From positions 5,385 to 69,384 of the forward strand of contig CAYQTO010000004.1 in assembly GCA_964420455.1 (NCBI GenBank): DNA of 64,000 nt. Reading direction: 5' to 3'. The notes under the pieces are model-generated. The model worked only from the letters and a program-made list of their open reading frames with translations. It was not told the DNA's origin and did not search any database. The number at the start of each line of letters is the position of its first letter. Position 1 is the stretch's first letter. The position numbers and the translations under genes were made by a program. Shown here piece by piece: positions 9,880-20,500 of this stretch. This stretch comes from an uncultured Candidatus Sumerlaeota bacterium (GTDB taxonomy: Bacteria; Sumerlaeota; Sumerlaeia; SLMS01).

Positions 9880-10622
9880 GGTTGCCGATCATCGGATGGG
9901 GGTGCCCCGTATGGCCGTAGGCATCGCGGAGGGCCACATCGGTGAGGGTCTCGGCGGCGGGGCCGAATCCCCTGGGGGTGCGCGACAGAATGATCGCGTG
10001 GGTGGCGTGGTGCCGGGCGACGGACCAGTCGTGGGTGACCATGATGACGGTGCCTTGGCGTTCACGTTGGAACTGGTCGAGGATGCGATAAAGTTCCCCC
10101 TCGCCGGGACGATCCATCCCGGTGGCGGGTTCATCGAGGAGGAGCAGGTCCGGCCGGCGAACGAGCCCCCGGGCGATATAGACACGTTGGAGCTGGCCAC
10201 CGGACAGCTCCGCAACCGGGCGCCCTGCGAGCATCGGGGCTCCCACGGCCTCGAGCGCCTCCTGCGCCCGACGACGGTCCTCCTTCCCCAGCCGCCACGG
10301 CCAGCGTCGGTGCAGCCCGCTTGCCACCAGCTCGATCGCCAGCGCGGGAAAACGCCGGTCCAGCAGCTTCACCTGCGGGACGTAGCTGATACGGTGGGGG
10401 TCGCGTGCTTCCACCGGTGCGCCAAAGAGCCGGATCGTTCCCTGCCGTGGCGCGAGCAGCCCCCCCAGGGCCCGCACCAGCGTCGTCTTCCCACCGCCAT
10501 TTGGGCCCACCCCCCGCCAGCAGCGACTGCCGCCCGAGGCGAAAGGAAACATCGCTCACCGCCACCACCGAGCCGTAGGCCACCTCGAGCCCATCCACCT
10601 CCACCGCCATCTCCGCGGTCAC
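9872..10622 (-). pseudogene. znuC: metal ABC transporter ATP-binding protein, reading frame broken in a C6 (G6 on the coding strand) homopolymer just before the Walker A motif
   Basis: The N-terminus MTAEMAVEVDGLEVAYGSVVAVSDVSFRLGRQSLLAG is in one frame (ORF 10131..10622). VGPNGGGKTTLVRALGG...LSGGQLQRV...LLLLDEP is in another (ORF 9872..10552). Removing one C from the run at 10510..10515 restores ...SLLAGVGPNGGGKTT. Confidence 0.75.
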
Positions 10623-11557
10623 GGGGCAAGCGCCTCCGCCAGGGTCCTCGCGTTCAGCACCATCATCGATCGATATCCGGCGAGAGTCCCTTCCTGGCCA
10701 AGGGGATCCAGCGTATGCACATCCAGGCCGGCGGATTCCGCGATGGCCTCCGCGGCGGTCGGCGCCAACTGGGGCTCGATAAACAACGCCCGGATTCCAT
10801 CTGACTCGATGCGATCGAGGATGTCCCGCATCTGCCCGGGTGTCGGTGTACGACCAGGCGCCACCTCGATTGCCCCCGCATACTCGAGCCCATAGCGCGC
10901 CAGCATGTAGTTCATCGACGCGTGGAACAGGATGACCGGCTGGCCGCGGACAGGTTCCAGGATTTCCCCCAACTCCGCGTTGAGAGCCTCCATCGAGGTG
11001 ACGACATCTTGTGCGTTCCCTGTATAGACAGCGGCGTTTGCGGAATCCACCTGCCCGAGCGCCTGCGCCACCGCTGGGGCGAGTGCGGCCATCACCAACG
11101 GATCCGTCCAGAAATGCGGATCCATGTGGCCATGGTGATGGTGGTCGTGGTCATGGTGATGATGGTCATGGGCGGTGCAACTGCCGGGAAATGCCTGCTG
11201 GAGTTCGGCGGGTACGAGCGGGCCCAGGGCGGTGACTTTGCCGTCGGCAAGTCCCCCCGTCCAGCCGTCGAAGGCGGTGTCCACATGGAACACGTGGTCC
11301 GCCTCCCGGACCGCCCGGGCCACCGACGGAGTCGGTTCCCACGAGTGGGGGGAGGACCCGGCGGGGAGGAGCACCCGGACGTCCGCCGCCTCCCCGGCGA
11401 CAGCGCTGACCAGCGCCCCCACCGGCGGTATGGTCGCGATCAATTTCAGGCTCTCGGGCGGCGGGGGAGGAGTCGATCCGCTCTCGTCAGTCTGGGAGGA
11501 GCAGGCAGAAAATAGAAGGAGGGGGAGCAGCAGAAGAAGAGACAGGGCAGGGCGCAT
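10619..11557 (-). CDS. znuA: metal ABC transporter substrate-binding lipoprotein with His-rich loop (ZnuA-like)
   Basis: Trimmed to MRPALSLLLLLPLLLFSACSS (lipobox-like). It has the His-rich loop HDHHHHDHDHHHHGH typical of ZnuA and the TroA/ZnuA-fold pattern. It overlaps znuC by 4 bp. Confidence 0.85.
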   Translation of the reverse strand: MRPALSLLLLLPLLLFSACSSQTDESGSTPPPPPESLKLIATIPPVGALVSAVAGEAADVRVLLPAGSSPHSWEPTPSVARAVREADHVFHVDTAFDGWTGGLADGKVTALGPLVPAELQQAFPGSCTAHDHHHHDHDHHHHGHMDPHFWTDPLVMAALAPAVAQALGQVDSANAAVYTGNAQDVVTSMEALNAELGEILEPVRGQPVILFHASMNYMLARYGLEYAGAIEVAPGRTPTPGQMRDILDRIESDGIRALFIEPQLAPTAAEAIAESAGLDVHTLDPLGQEGTLAGYRSMMVLNARTLAEALAP

Positions 11558-11640
11558 GCGCGAAAGTCCATCCGGGGCAAATTGGAAGGACCACGATGAA
11601 GGTTTCCGGGTGTGACGGCAAGGGGAATGAGAATTTCTTC

Positions 11641-12858
11641 TCATCCCCCATCAGCGGTCTGGCTTGCGAAATACTCCTGATATTGCGGAAGGGACTTCTG
11701 AATCGCGCGGGCCAGTGCGCCACGGATGGATCCGATCGATTCCTTCTCCGAACGGTTCTGATCGTCGGGGAAGACCCGGTTGGTGAAGAAGACCATGTAG
11801 GTACCGCTGAGCCGGTCGAACCAGACGAGGGTGCCGGTGTAGCCGGAGTGGCCAAAGACGGCGGTCTCGGGCGTCTTGTTGAGCGGTGTCAGGTAGGGCT
11901 CCACCTCGTAGACGTCGAAGCCGAGGCCACGGTCCTCGCCGATGGAATCGGGAATCTGGTCCTGCGTGGCGGCGGCGAGCACATCGGGGTCGATGATCTG
12001 ACGGCCATGCCACTTCCCATCCTGGAGGATCATCTCGCACCAGTTGGCGATGTCGGGTGCCGAGGAGAACAGGCCTGCGTTGCCGGGACAGTGGTCCTCG
12101 AACCCGTGGTAGTTGGCGAGGGGGTCGTGGACCTCGCCGGCGAGCAGGCTGCCGTCGCCTTTCTCCAGCGTCGGCACCACGCGGTCCATCGCCTGGGAGG
12201 GAACCGTATAGAAGGTCGACGTCATCCCCAGAGGCGTATAGACACGATTGCGCAGCAGGTCCTCGAGGCGGATGCCCGACGCGTTCTCGACCACCCGGGC
12301 CAGTGTCTGGAAGTTGAGGCAGCTGTAGGTATAGCCTTCCTTGGGGGTGTAGGAGGGCTCGAGGGCCGCGTAGGTGCGGATGAGGGCGTCGGCCGGTGCC
12401 TCGTCCTCGGCGCGGGTCTCCTCGACCCGATCGCGGCTCTCGTAGGCCTTGAGCCCGGAGGTGTGTGTCATGAGGTCGTGAATGGTGACCGATTCCTTGC
12501 CGTTGCTGCCGAAGCGGGGGATATACGTATCGACCTCGTCGTCGGTGGAAAGCAGCCCATCGCCAAGGAGCAGAAACGCGGCGGTGGCGGTACCGGCGAC
12601 CTTGCTGACCGAGGCCAGGTCGAAGACCGCATCCGTCGTCATGGGGCGGCTTTCGGGATCGTAGGTAAACCGGCCGTAGGCGCGCTCGAAGCGGAAGCGG
12701 CCCGGCTGGCCGACGACAAGGACCGCGCCCGGGTAGACTTCCTCCTCCAGTCCCCGTTCCACGATCTCGTCCAGGGCGTCGAGATCGATTGGTGAACTGG
12801 CGGAAGCTTCAAGGGGCATGGCAAGAAGGGCGAGGAGGAGGGGAACAAAGACGCGCAT
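11641..12858 (-). CDS. secreted serine hydrolase of the beta-lactamase (class C / AmpH / EstB-like) family
   Basis: Trimmed to the signal peptide MRVFVPLLLALLAMPLEASA. SxxK motif in FDLASVSKVAGTA; YxN-like region present. Confidence 0.8.
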   Translation of the reverse strand: MRVFVPLLLALLAMPLEASASSPIDLDALDEIVERGLEEEVYPGAVLVVGQPGRFRFERAYGRFTYDPESRPMTTDAVFDLASVSKVAGTATAAFLLLGDGLLSTDDEVDTYIPRFGSNGKESVTIHDLMTHTSGLKAYESRDRVEETRAEDEAPADALIRTYAALEPSYTPKEGYTYSCLNFQTLARVVENASGIRLEDLLRNRVYTPLGMTSTFYTVPSQAMDRVVPTLEKGDGSLLAGEVHDPLANYHGFEDHCPGNAGLFSSAPDIANWCEMILQDGKWHGRQIIDPDVLAAATQDQIPDSIGEDRGLGFDVYEVEPYLTPLNKTPETAVFGHSGYTGTLVWFDRLSGTYMVFFTNRVFPDDQNRSEKESIGSIRGALARAIQKSLPQYQEYFASQTADGG

Positions 12859-12985
12859 GGATACCGTCCGAATGTGATGAACCAGCCATGGACCATCGAA
12901 CGGTCCGGTCTGCAACGTCCTTTTCCATGCTTGCGTGGAATCGGTCAAAAGGGAACAAGGAGGGCATTCTCCTCGGCGAGCTTCC

Positions 12986-14794
12986 ATGGTTTCCCCAGTC
13001 ACTCGCGCCGTCACCCTTGCCATCGCGCCACTTCTGGCCGTAGTTGCCGGCATGGCTCAGGCCCAGACACCGGTCGACTTTGCCCGCACCCAGCCGGTCT
13101 TCGAGGACACGCCCGCGCGGATCGTCGACGAGTCGCGATTCGCCAAGGGCGCGCCCCCGGCGCCGGGCATCCCCCTCCGTCCCCCGGATCTCGGGTGGGT
13201 CGACGCCACCCTCGGCTCCATGACCCTCGAACAGAAGGTCGGCCAAATGTTCATGGCCAGTCAGTCCGTCGACCGACTGACCCACGTGAACAATTACCAC
13301 ATTGGCGGGTTCATCTTCATCGGCAACGGCCAGGATGCGGCCGACATCGTATCTGTCGTGAATGCGCTGCAGGCCGAGGCCGACATCCCGCTTTGGTTTT
13401 CCCTCGACGCGGAGGCGGGCATCGGGGCGCGCGTGGGAAACGCCACCATTTTTCCCATGGCCATGGCCTTTGGCGCGGTGGAGGACCGCTCGCTCATCGA
13501 GGATCTCGGCCGCATCACCGCCCGCGAGTCCCAGGCCCTCGGCGTCCAGACCGTCCTCGGCCCGGTCGTCGACGTAAACTCCGAGCCCATTAACCCGATC
13601 ATCTCCACCCGGTCCTACGGCGATGTGCCTGCCCGCATTGCCGTCTCCGCGGGTCGATTCCTCCAAGGTGCCGCCGCCGAGGGGGCCCTCTGTACCCTCA
13701 AGCACTACCCCGGACACGGCGCCACCAAGGGCGACAGTCACAATGCGCTCCCCGGCGTCGACATCCCCCGCGCCGCCATCGAGCAGATTCACATCGGCCC
13801 CTATCGCCACCTTATCGCCGATCCCGGGGTGGACCTCGTCATGACCGCCCACGTCTGGTACAGCGACGTCTACCCGGACGCCCCCTTTCCCGCCACTCTG
13901 TCGCCCATCTTCAACGACGAGATTCTCCGCGGCGACCTCGGCTTCGAGGGCGTTCTCATCTCCGACGCTTTCGGCATGGCGGGTCTGGCGATTGCCGTTC
14001 CCGACGAGACGGAACGCGCCCTCCAGGCCATCGAGTCCGGTGTTGATGTCATCCTGGACACGGGCGACATCGGGACAATGTACAATGGTGTGCTTGCCGC
14101 GGTCCAGGCGGGCCGCCTCACTGTCGACCGTATAGACGAGTCCGCCCGCCGCGTGCTGATTGCCAAGAGCCGCGCGGGCCTCCCCGAGCGGGCCACAGTT
14201 GACCCCGTCGCCTGGCAGACAGTCCTCAACCATCCGGAACACCGCGCCGCTGTGCGCCGCGTCGCCGAGGCCGCCTTCACCGAAGCACGCAACAACATCG
14301 GCGCGCCCGTGATTCAGCCCGGCGACGACGTGCTCCTGCTCACGCTCAGCGCCCAGACACTCATCTTCTATCGCTTCTCTCCCCAGCCCCTCCGGGACGC
14401 CCTCGCGAGCCGCGTTGCCAGCCTCGACATGCGCCACGTCAGCCTTTCCGTCAGCACCGCCGAACGCACCGAGACCATTCTCGCCGCCGCCGCCGCCGAC
14501 AAGGTCATCATCGCCGGCTACGACTGGACGCGAATCTCCTCCTCCAGCCAGGTCGAACTTATCAATGCGCTCAGCACCGCCGACACTCCGGTCACGTACC
14601 TCAGTTTCGGCGCCCCATACCACTACCTGCAGATACCGAACGTCGACGCGTTCTTCTGCGGATACGCCACGGTCCCGCAAATGCAGGAGGTCGCGGCGGA
14701 GGTGTTGGTTGGCGAGCGCGCCGCGGTCGGCCGTCTTCCCGTCATCGTCGACGGCCTCCCGGTGACCGATTCGACGCACCTCCGGATTTACTGA
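12986..14794 (+). CDS. glycoside hydrolase family 3 protein (NagZ / beta-hexosaminidase-like N-domain plus C-terminal domain)
   Basis: Signal-like N-terminus. Shows KVGQMFMA and KHYPGHGATKGDSH (the GH3 KH(F/Y)PGHG motif). Confidence 0.85.
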   Translation: MVSPVTRAVTLAIAPLLAVVAGMAQAQTPVDFARTQPVFEDTPARIVDESRFAKGAPPAPGIPLRPPDLGWVDATLGSMTLEQKVGQMFMASQSVDRLTHVNNYHIGGFIFIGNGQDAADIVSVVNALQAEADIPLWFSLDAEAGIGARVGNATIFPMAMAFGAVEDRSLIEDLGRITARESQALGVQTVLGPVVDVNSEPINPIISTRSYGDVPARIAVSAGRFLQGAAAEGALCTLKHYPGHGATKGDSHNALPGVDIPRAAIEQIHIGPYRHLIADPGVDLVMTAHVWYSDVYPDAPFPATLSPIFNDEILRGDLGFEGVLISDAFGMAGLAIAVPDETERALQAIESGVDVILDTGDIGTMYNGVLAAVQAGRLTVDRIDESARRVLIAKSRAGLPERATVDPVAWQTVLNHPEHRAAVRRVAEAAFTEARNNIGAPVIQPGDDVLLLTLSAQTLIFYRFSPQPLRDALASRVASLDMRHVSLSVSTAERTETILAAAAADKVIIAGYDWTRISSSSQVELINALSTADTPVTYLSFGAPYHYLQIPNVDAFFCGYATVPQMQEVAAEVLVGERAAVGRLPVIVDGLPVTDSTHLRIY

Positions 14795-16263
14795 TCGAGA
14801 AGGGCTCTGATCTCCCGCGCGTAGAGCTCGTAGGCCTCCCGCGTCAGGTGGAGGCCGTCCCGTGTATACATCCCGGCAAAGAGCCCGTCCCCGTCGACCA
14901 GGAGCGGGTGGAGGTCGATCAGCGCGAGGTTCTCGTCGAGGGCCATCTCGCGGAGGCGGTCGTTCCACGAATTCACCGAATCGGTCAGGTGGGCGAAGCG
15001 GCCACCCACCGGCGGGCAGGTCGCGATCACCAGCCGCGTGTCCGGCGCGCGTTCCTTGATGCGGGCAACGATTCCGCGGAACTCCGCCACCATGCGTTCC
15101 TCTGTCGGGTTTCCATCATCCCCGCGTGCGCGGTCGCCAAGGTCATTGGTCCCCATCATGATCACAGCCATCTCGGGCTGCATGTCGAAGAGCGACAGCT
15201 CGAGCCGCCGGCTGAGGCCCTGCGGCTTGATCCCCAGGGTATCGGATGAAATCCCGCGGTTGAACACCCTCCAGTCAGGGAGCAACTCCGCGGGGAACGC
15301 CTCGGTCGTCGAGGACCCCAGGAGGGCGATGAGGGGCCGATCGTCCTCCCCAAGGGGGAGCCGGGCATTCTCCTCGGCAAAAAGCGAAAGGCGTTGGAAG
15401 TAGTGGCGGGGCCAGCGGTCGTCTTCCGGCCAGGTCTCGGCCATCGCCGCCATGTGAAAGTTCAAGTGCGAGGGCAGGTGTGCGGTCCAGTAGTCCCAGT
15501 TGTGGGTGCCGGGCAATTCGCGCCAGATGTGGGGGACGCCAAGTTCCGTGAGGCGCTCGTGGAGTTGGCGGGAATCGAAGATGGCGCCGGTCGCCGTGTC
15601 GTCCTCGCCGCAATCGAACATCAGCCGCACATCGGCATCGCGGAAGGTTTCCGCGCGGTCCCACACCGAGTAGTCCTTCCACCGCTCGGGGTAATCCTCC
15701 ATCGGGCCGAGCCGCGCGGCGACGTCCTCCATGTCGGGATGGTTCGTCAGCTTGAGGATCCCCGAGAGGGAACTCGCGGAGCCAAACCGTTCCGGATACC
15801 TGGACGCGAGCATTAGCGCGCCATGCCCCCCCATGCTGAGGCCCATGATTGCCCGTGCCGACCGGTCGCGGATCGTCGGGTAGGTCGCGTCTATATGGTC
15901 GACAAGCTCGACCGCAACGTAGCTCTCGTACTGGGATTCGGGCATCTCCGGCGCGTCGAGGTACCAGCTGTCTTCATCGCCGTCCGGAAACACGAGGATC
16001 GCACGGTAACGGCTCGCGACCTCGCCTGCATTCCCCTTTTCCGGCCAGTCGATGTGGCTGCCCCACTTGCCGTGCAACACATAAACAACCGGGAATTGCT
16101 CGCCGGGCGTGCGGTCTTCCGGCAGGTACACCGAGTAGCTCTTTTGAATCTCCAATACCCGGCTCTCATGGGTGACTTCGATCATTTCGGACATCCCCAA
16201 AGAAATCGTCAGGCCCAACACAAAGGAGACCAGGACAGACTGGAGGGCGATTCGCATCCTCAT
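14788..16263 (-). CDS. bifunctional-looking esterase: esterase-D/'putative esterase' alpha/beta-hydrolase domain plus C-terminal SGNH/GDSL hydrolase domain
   Basis: N-terminal half: VYVLHGKWGSHIDW...GLSMGGHGAL (nucleophile elbow GxSxG). C-terminal half: IALLGSSTTEAF...MMGTNDL...DGLHLT (SGNH blocks). Confidence 0.7.
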   Translation of the reverse strand: MRMRIALQSVLVSFVLGLTISLGMSEMIEVTHESRVLEIQKSYSVYLPEDRTPGEQFPVVYVLHGKWGSHIDWPEKGNAGEVASRYRAILVFPDGDEDSWYLDAPEMPESQYESYVAVELVDHIDATYPTIRDRSARAIMGLSMGGHGALMLASRYPERFGSASSLSGILKLTNHPDMEDVAARLGPMEDYPERWKDYSVWDRAETFRDADVRLMFDCGEDDTATGAIFDSRQLHERLTELGVPHIWRELPGTHNWDYWTAHLPSHLNFHMAAMAETWPEDDRWPRHYFQRLSLFAEENARLPLGEDDRPLIALLGSSTTEAFPAELLPDWRVFNRGISSDTLGIKPQGLSRRLELSLFDMQPEMAVIMMGTNDLGDRARGDDGNPTEERMVAEFRGIVARIKERAPDTRLVIATCPPVGGRFAHLTDSVNSWNDRLREMALDENLALIDLHPLLVDGDGLFAGMYTRDGLHLTREAYELYAREIRALLDQ

Positions 16264-16406
16264 TCGTTCGGTGCTTTCCAGGGACACGTATCAGGTGATC
16301 GTGACCCCTCCTTAAGTTGTGGAAAGAGCCGCAACTCTTCCTTGGAAGTAGCAACCCGTTTTCCCGTATTAGGATCTGACTCGCGGTAAGGAAGGAAACC
16401 TTCGTC

Positions 16407-16805
16407 GTGAAATGGCAGGCACTGTTCTTTGTTCTCCCCGTGGCTTTCGTGTTCGCGCTTCAGGTCGCCGTCCCTGTTATCGTGGATGACCATGTTGAAT
16501 ACACCGGCGACGAGTCAGGCGGCAGTTACGCAGCTCCGCTGAGCCACCCCATGGTCGAACACCTCCGCGCGGGTCACTACATGACCATTGGGGCGGACGA
16601 TCAGGGCGACATTCGCATCCGTCCGGTGGAGGGGACGATCGAGGTGACGGTCCTGCCGCGATTCCTCGAGCGGCTCCAGCCGGACGCCCTGGAGGTCCTC
16701 GAGATGCCCGCGGCCACCGAGCACATGTCGATCACCCGCTATCGGACGTGGCTGATGATGCTCCATAGCTACCTGACGGTGAAACCGCCAGCCAAAGCGG
16801 GGTAA
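16407..16805 (+). CDS. hypothetical secreted/membrane protein
   Basis: 132-aa ORF with a GTG start and an N-terminal hydrophobic segment (KWQALFFVLPVAFVFALQVAV). No family recognised. Confidence 0.4.
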   Translation: MKWQALFFVLPVAFVFALQVAVPVIVDDHVEYTGDESGGSYAAPLSHPMVEHLRAGHYMTIGADDQGDIRIRPVEGTIEVTVLPRFLERLQPDALEVLEMPAATEHMSITRYRTWLMMLHSYLTVKPPAKAG

Positions 16806-16811
16806 GGCCGT

Positions 16812-17156
16812 CTAGCCGAAGCGCTCCTGCAAATCCTCCACATGGCGGCGGACCTTCTCGATGGTCTCTCGCGCCTGGCGGGGGTCGCGCTCCGCAACCG
16901 GGAGGTATTGCCTCCAGGCCTTGAGGGCCGCCGGCCCCGGACCGTTCAGCTTCTCCGTCAATGCGGCGTAGTTGTAAAAGGCGCCGCCGAACTCAGGATC
17001 CAGCAGCCGCGCATGGGCGAAGGCAAGGCGGGCCCCTTCGTCGTCGCCTTCCTCCGACAGCAAGGAAGCCTGAAACCACAGCCCCTCTGCGGCGCGGGGA
17101 TCCCGGATCCGGAACATGATCTTGAACAGATGGCCCAACCGGGGGACGTAGGGCAT
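16812..17156 (-). CDS. small TPR-like repeat protein
   Basis: ORF trimmed to MPYVPRLG..., the first Met after the upstream gene's stop. Helical TPR-like repeats (ARLAFAHARLLDPEFGGAFYNYAALTEKL). Confidence 0.45.
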   Translation of the reverse strand: MPYVPRLGHLFKIMFRIRDPRAAEGLWFQASLLSEEGDDEGARLAFAHARLLDPEFGGAFYNYAALTEKLNGPGPAALKAWRQYLPVAERDPRQARETIEKVRRHVEDLQERFG

Positions 17157-17166
17157 AACGGCGCGG

Positions 17167-17508
17167 TTACTCGATCGCGCCTTCGACAACTCCCGGATTA
17201 TAGTCAATCGTCTTGTGATCGGGCTCGTAGGTCACGAACAACTCGTCGTACTCCTCGCCTTCGATCCCCAGGTCCTTGCGCAGCCGGTACCGAAACTGGT
17301 TGATCTCGCAATGGGCCCAGCCCTCGTCGTTCATGGCCTGGGCCACGCGCTGATAGCTGCCGGTTTCCTCAAAGATCGCCCGCATGGCCATGTAGCGCTG
17401 CTCGGCGATAAAGCACCGGTCGCGGCGAATGGTGGCACATGAAGTGCCCAGAACGGCCACAGTCATCAGGAGGGGCAGAAGGTAGCGCACGCGGGGGGCT
17501 CCTGGCAT
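17167..17508 (-). CDS. hypothetical small lipoprotein
   Basis: 113 aa. Signal with a lipobox-like LGTSC. No family recognised. Confidence 0.45.
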   Translation of the reverse strand: MPGAPRVRYLLPLLMTVAVLGTSCATIRRDRCFIAEQRYMAMRAIFEETGSYQRVAQAMNDEGWAHCEINQFRYRLRKDLGIEGEEYDELFVTYEPDHKTIDYNPGVVEGAIE

Positions 17509-17595
17509 GTCGGATGGGGGAATCGCTAATTCCCTTGGCCTGAAGCGTCAACCTGCGTGAGGACATCGAGGCAAGGGGAGTTCCCACCGCACGCC

Positions 17596-20500
17596 ATGTC
17601 GCTTTCCAGCTTCGCCGTCAACGCGCCTGTCAAGGTCTCGATGATCTTCCTCGGGGTCCTGCTGCTTGGGTGGATTTCCCTCTCGCGGCTGCCGACCAAC
17701 CTTTTTCCGGACATTCGGGCGCCCAAAGTCACCGTCACCGTCACGACAAATGGCCTCAGCCCCGGCGAGGTCGAGCGGCGCATCAACGAGGTCATCGAGC
17801 GGTCCCTTTACTCGATTCGCGGTGTCCTCGACGTCCAGTCGATCGCCCGCGCGGACACAGCGGTTATCGTCGTCAACTTCACTTGGGACTCGAACCTCGA
17901 CTATGCGTTCCTCGAGGTAAAGAAGGCGGCGTCGGATCTCGAGCGGGATCGTTCCGACGAGATCGAATCGATCTCGGTCCTGCGCTATGATCCGAACGCC
18001 ATGCCGGTGGTGACGGCGGCCCTCCGGGCACCCGAGAGCATCGATCTGGAGGACGTCTACAAGACCGCGGAGCGCACGCTCAAGCCGCGCTTCGAGCGAC
18101 TCGAGGGAGTCGCCAATGTCGTGGTAACCGGCGGCCTCGAGCGCGAGATCCGCATCGATCTCGACGAACCGCTGCTCCTCGCCTACGATCTCAACGTCAG
18201 CACCGTCGTCTCGGCGATCCAGAACGACAATTCGGACGCGACCGGTGGCTGGGTCGAGGAAGGGCCGCGGCGCTACCTTTTGAAAGCCGCCGGGGAGTTC
18301 CGCAACATCGACGACGTCCGACGGGTGGTGGTCACAAGGCGAGGGAATTCGCCAATCCTTCTGGGCGACGTTGCCAACGTTTACTTCGCGCCGCGGGAGC
18401 CGAAGTCGCTCGTCTATCTAGATGGGGAGGCGGCCGTCGCCCTCGCCTTCTACCGCAGCCCGGAAAGCAACACCGTCGCCGTCGCCGAAGCCATTCGGGC
18501 GGAAATCGAGAACTCTGCCCGTGTCCTTCCGGATACCTGGCAGATGACGGTTGCCAACGACCAATCGACCTTCATCAGCGCCGCCATCCGCGAGGTCCGC
18601 AACAATGCCATCATCGGCGGTGTCCTCGCCATCGTGGTGATCCTCCTCTTCCTTCGCGACATCATCAGCACGCTGATTGTGGCGATCGCGATCCCGATCT
18701 CCATCGTGGCCACCTTCAACCTGATGTATTTCCAAGGCTTGTCGCTCAACCTGATGACGTTGGGGGGGCTCGCGCTGGGGACGGGTATGCTCGTCGACAA
18801 CGCGATTGTGGTACTCGAGAATATTTATCGCCTTTTGCAGACAGGAAGGGACCGGCGCGAGGCGGCCCGTCTCGGCGTGCGTGAGGTCGGCGGGGCCCTC
18901 GTTGCCTCGACGCTGACCACCGTCGCCGTCTTCCTGCCCATCGTCTTCGTGCGCGGCGTGGCAGGACTGCTTTTCCAGGAGCAGGCCCTCACCGTCGCCT
19001 ACTCGCTCCTCGGCTCGCTCGTCGTCGCCCTGCTGCTGATTCCCATGTTGTGTGCGTTCTTCCTTAACCGGCGGGGAACAATGATCTCGCCGGGCGAATC
19101 CTTCGACGTTCCACGAAACCCTTACACGATGATCCTTCGGCTCGCCCTGCGGCTACGTCTCTTGGTCGTGTTGGCTGCGGCCGGTTCCCTATATCTCGTG
19201 TATGTCTTTGTGCGGGATATTCCCCAGGAGTTCCTCCCGGCGACGGAATCGGACCAGGTCGCTGTCCGGGTTGTTCTTCCAAACGGCACGCCTATCGAGG
19301 CCACCGATGATCTGGTCCAATCGATCAACGGGCAACTCCGGCGTTTTGAACCCGCCCTCGAGTCGGTCCTCTCCCGCGTGGGTGAGCCCGAGGGGGTTGT
19401 TAATCCCAACACCCAGGATCCCGACGGCCCGAACACCGCCGACATCTTCGTCCGGCTCTTCAGTGGCGACGAGCCGACGACCGCAATCATCGAGCAGGGG
19501 CTGGTCGGCTTCTCCTCCTCCGACCTCATTGCAGGGTTGAAGCCGATCCTGGACCGCGTGCCGGACGCGAAGGTGGAGTTTCGATCGAACGAGGGGACGC
19601 TGATGGACCTGGTGGGTTCCGCCCGTGCCCCGCTCATTTTGGAGATCAGCGGCCCCGAGCTGACGACCCTCAAGGGGCTGGCGGAGGAGGCCCAACGCCG
19701 CCTGTCCTCCCTTCCCGAGCTTCGAAACGTCCGGACGAACATCCTCGAGGGGGCGCCCGAGGTCATGATTCGGCTGGACAAGGCCCAGTTGTCCCGCCTC
19801 GGGCTCGACGTGAGCGGCGTCGGCGGTATTCTCCGCCAGCGCATCGAAGGCGAGGTCGCGTCCCAGATCACCCAGGAGGCGGGCGACGTGGACTTGCGCG
19901 TTCAGGTTGATTACGGACGTGAGTCGCTCGATACCCTTCGAAATATTCTCATCAAGTCGAGCACCGGCGCGCTGATTCGGCTCGAGGCGGTGGCGGAGTT
20001 CGAGATCGTGCGCGCCCCGCGCGAGATCGTCCGCCGTGGCCAGGAACGCGTCGCTTTCGTCCTGGCGGACCTCGCCCCGGGCCTGCGTCTCTCCGAGGGC
20101 ATCGCCGCAGCCCAGGCCTCCGTCGACGACCTCCCCCTCCCACCCCGCTATCTCCTTCGCTTCACCGGAGAGGAGGAGCAGCGCCGTGATGCCTTTGGCG
20201 ACCTCGCCTTTGCCCTTCTCCTCAGCATCGCCCTCGTCTATATGGTGATGGCCTCGATCTTCGAGAGCTTCATCCAGCCGTTGCTCATCATGCTGACGAT
20301 TCCCCTCGCGGGGCTCGGTGTCGTTGCCGCGCTGCTTTCCACCGGCCAGACGTTTAATGTCATGTCGATCATCGGTATTGTGATGTTGGGCGGGATCGTG
20401 GTGAACAACGCAATCGTGCTCCTGGATTGCGTGAACCAGGTGCGCAGTTCCGCTCGCGAGGCGGGGGTCGGGATCGACCCCACCGACAGCCTTGTGCTGG

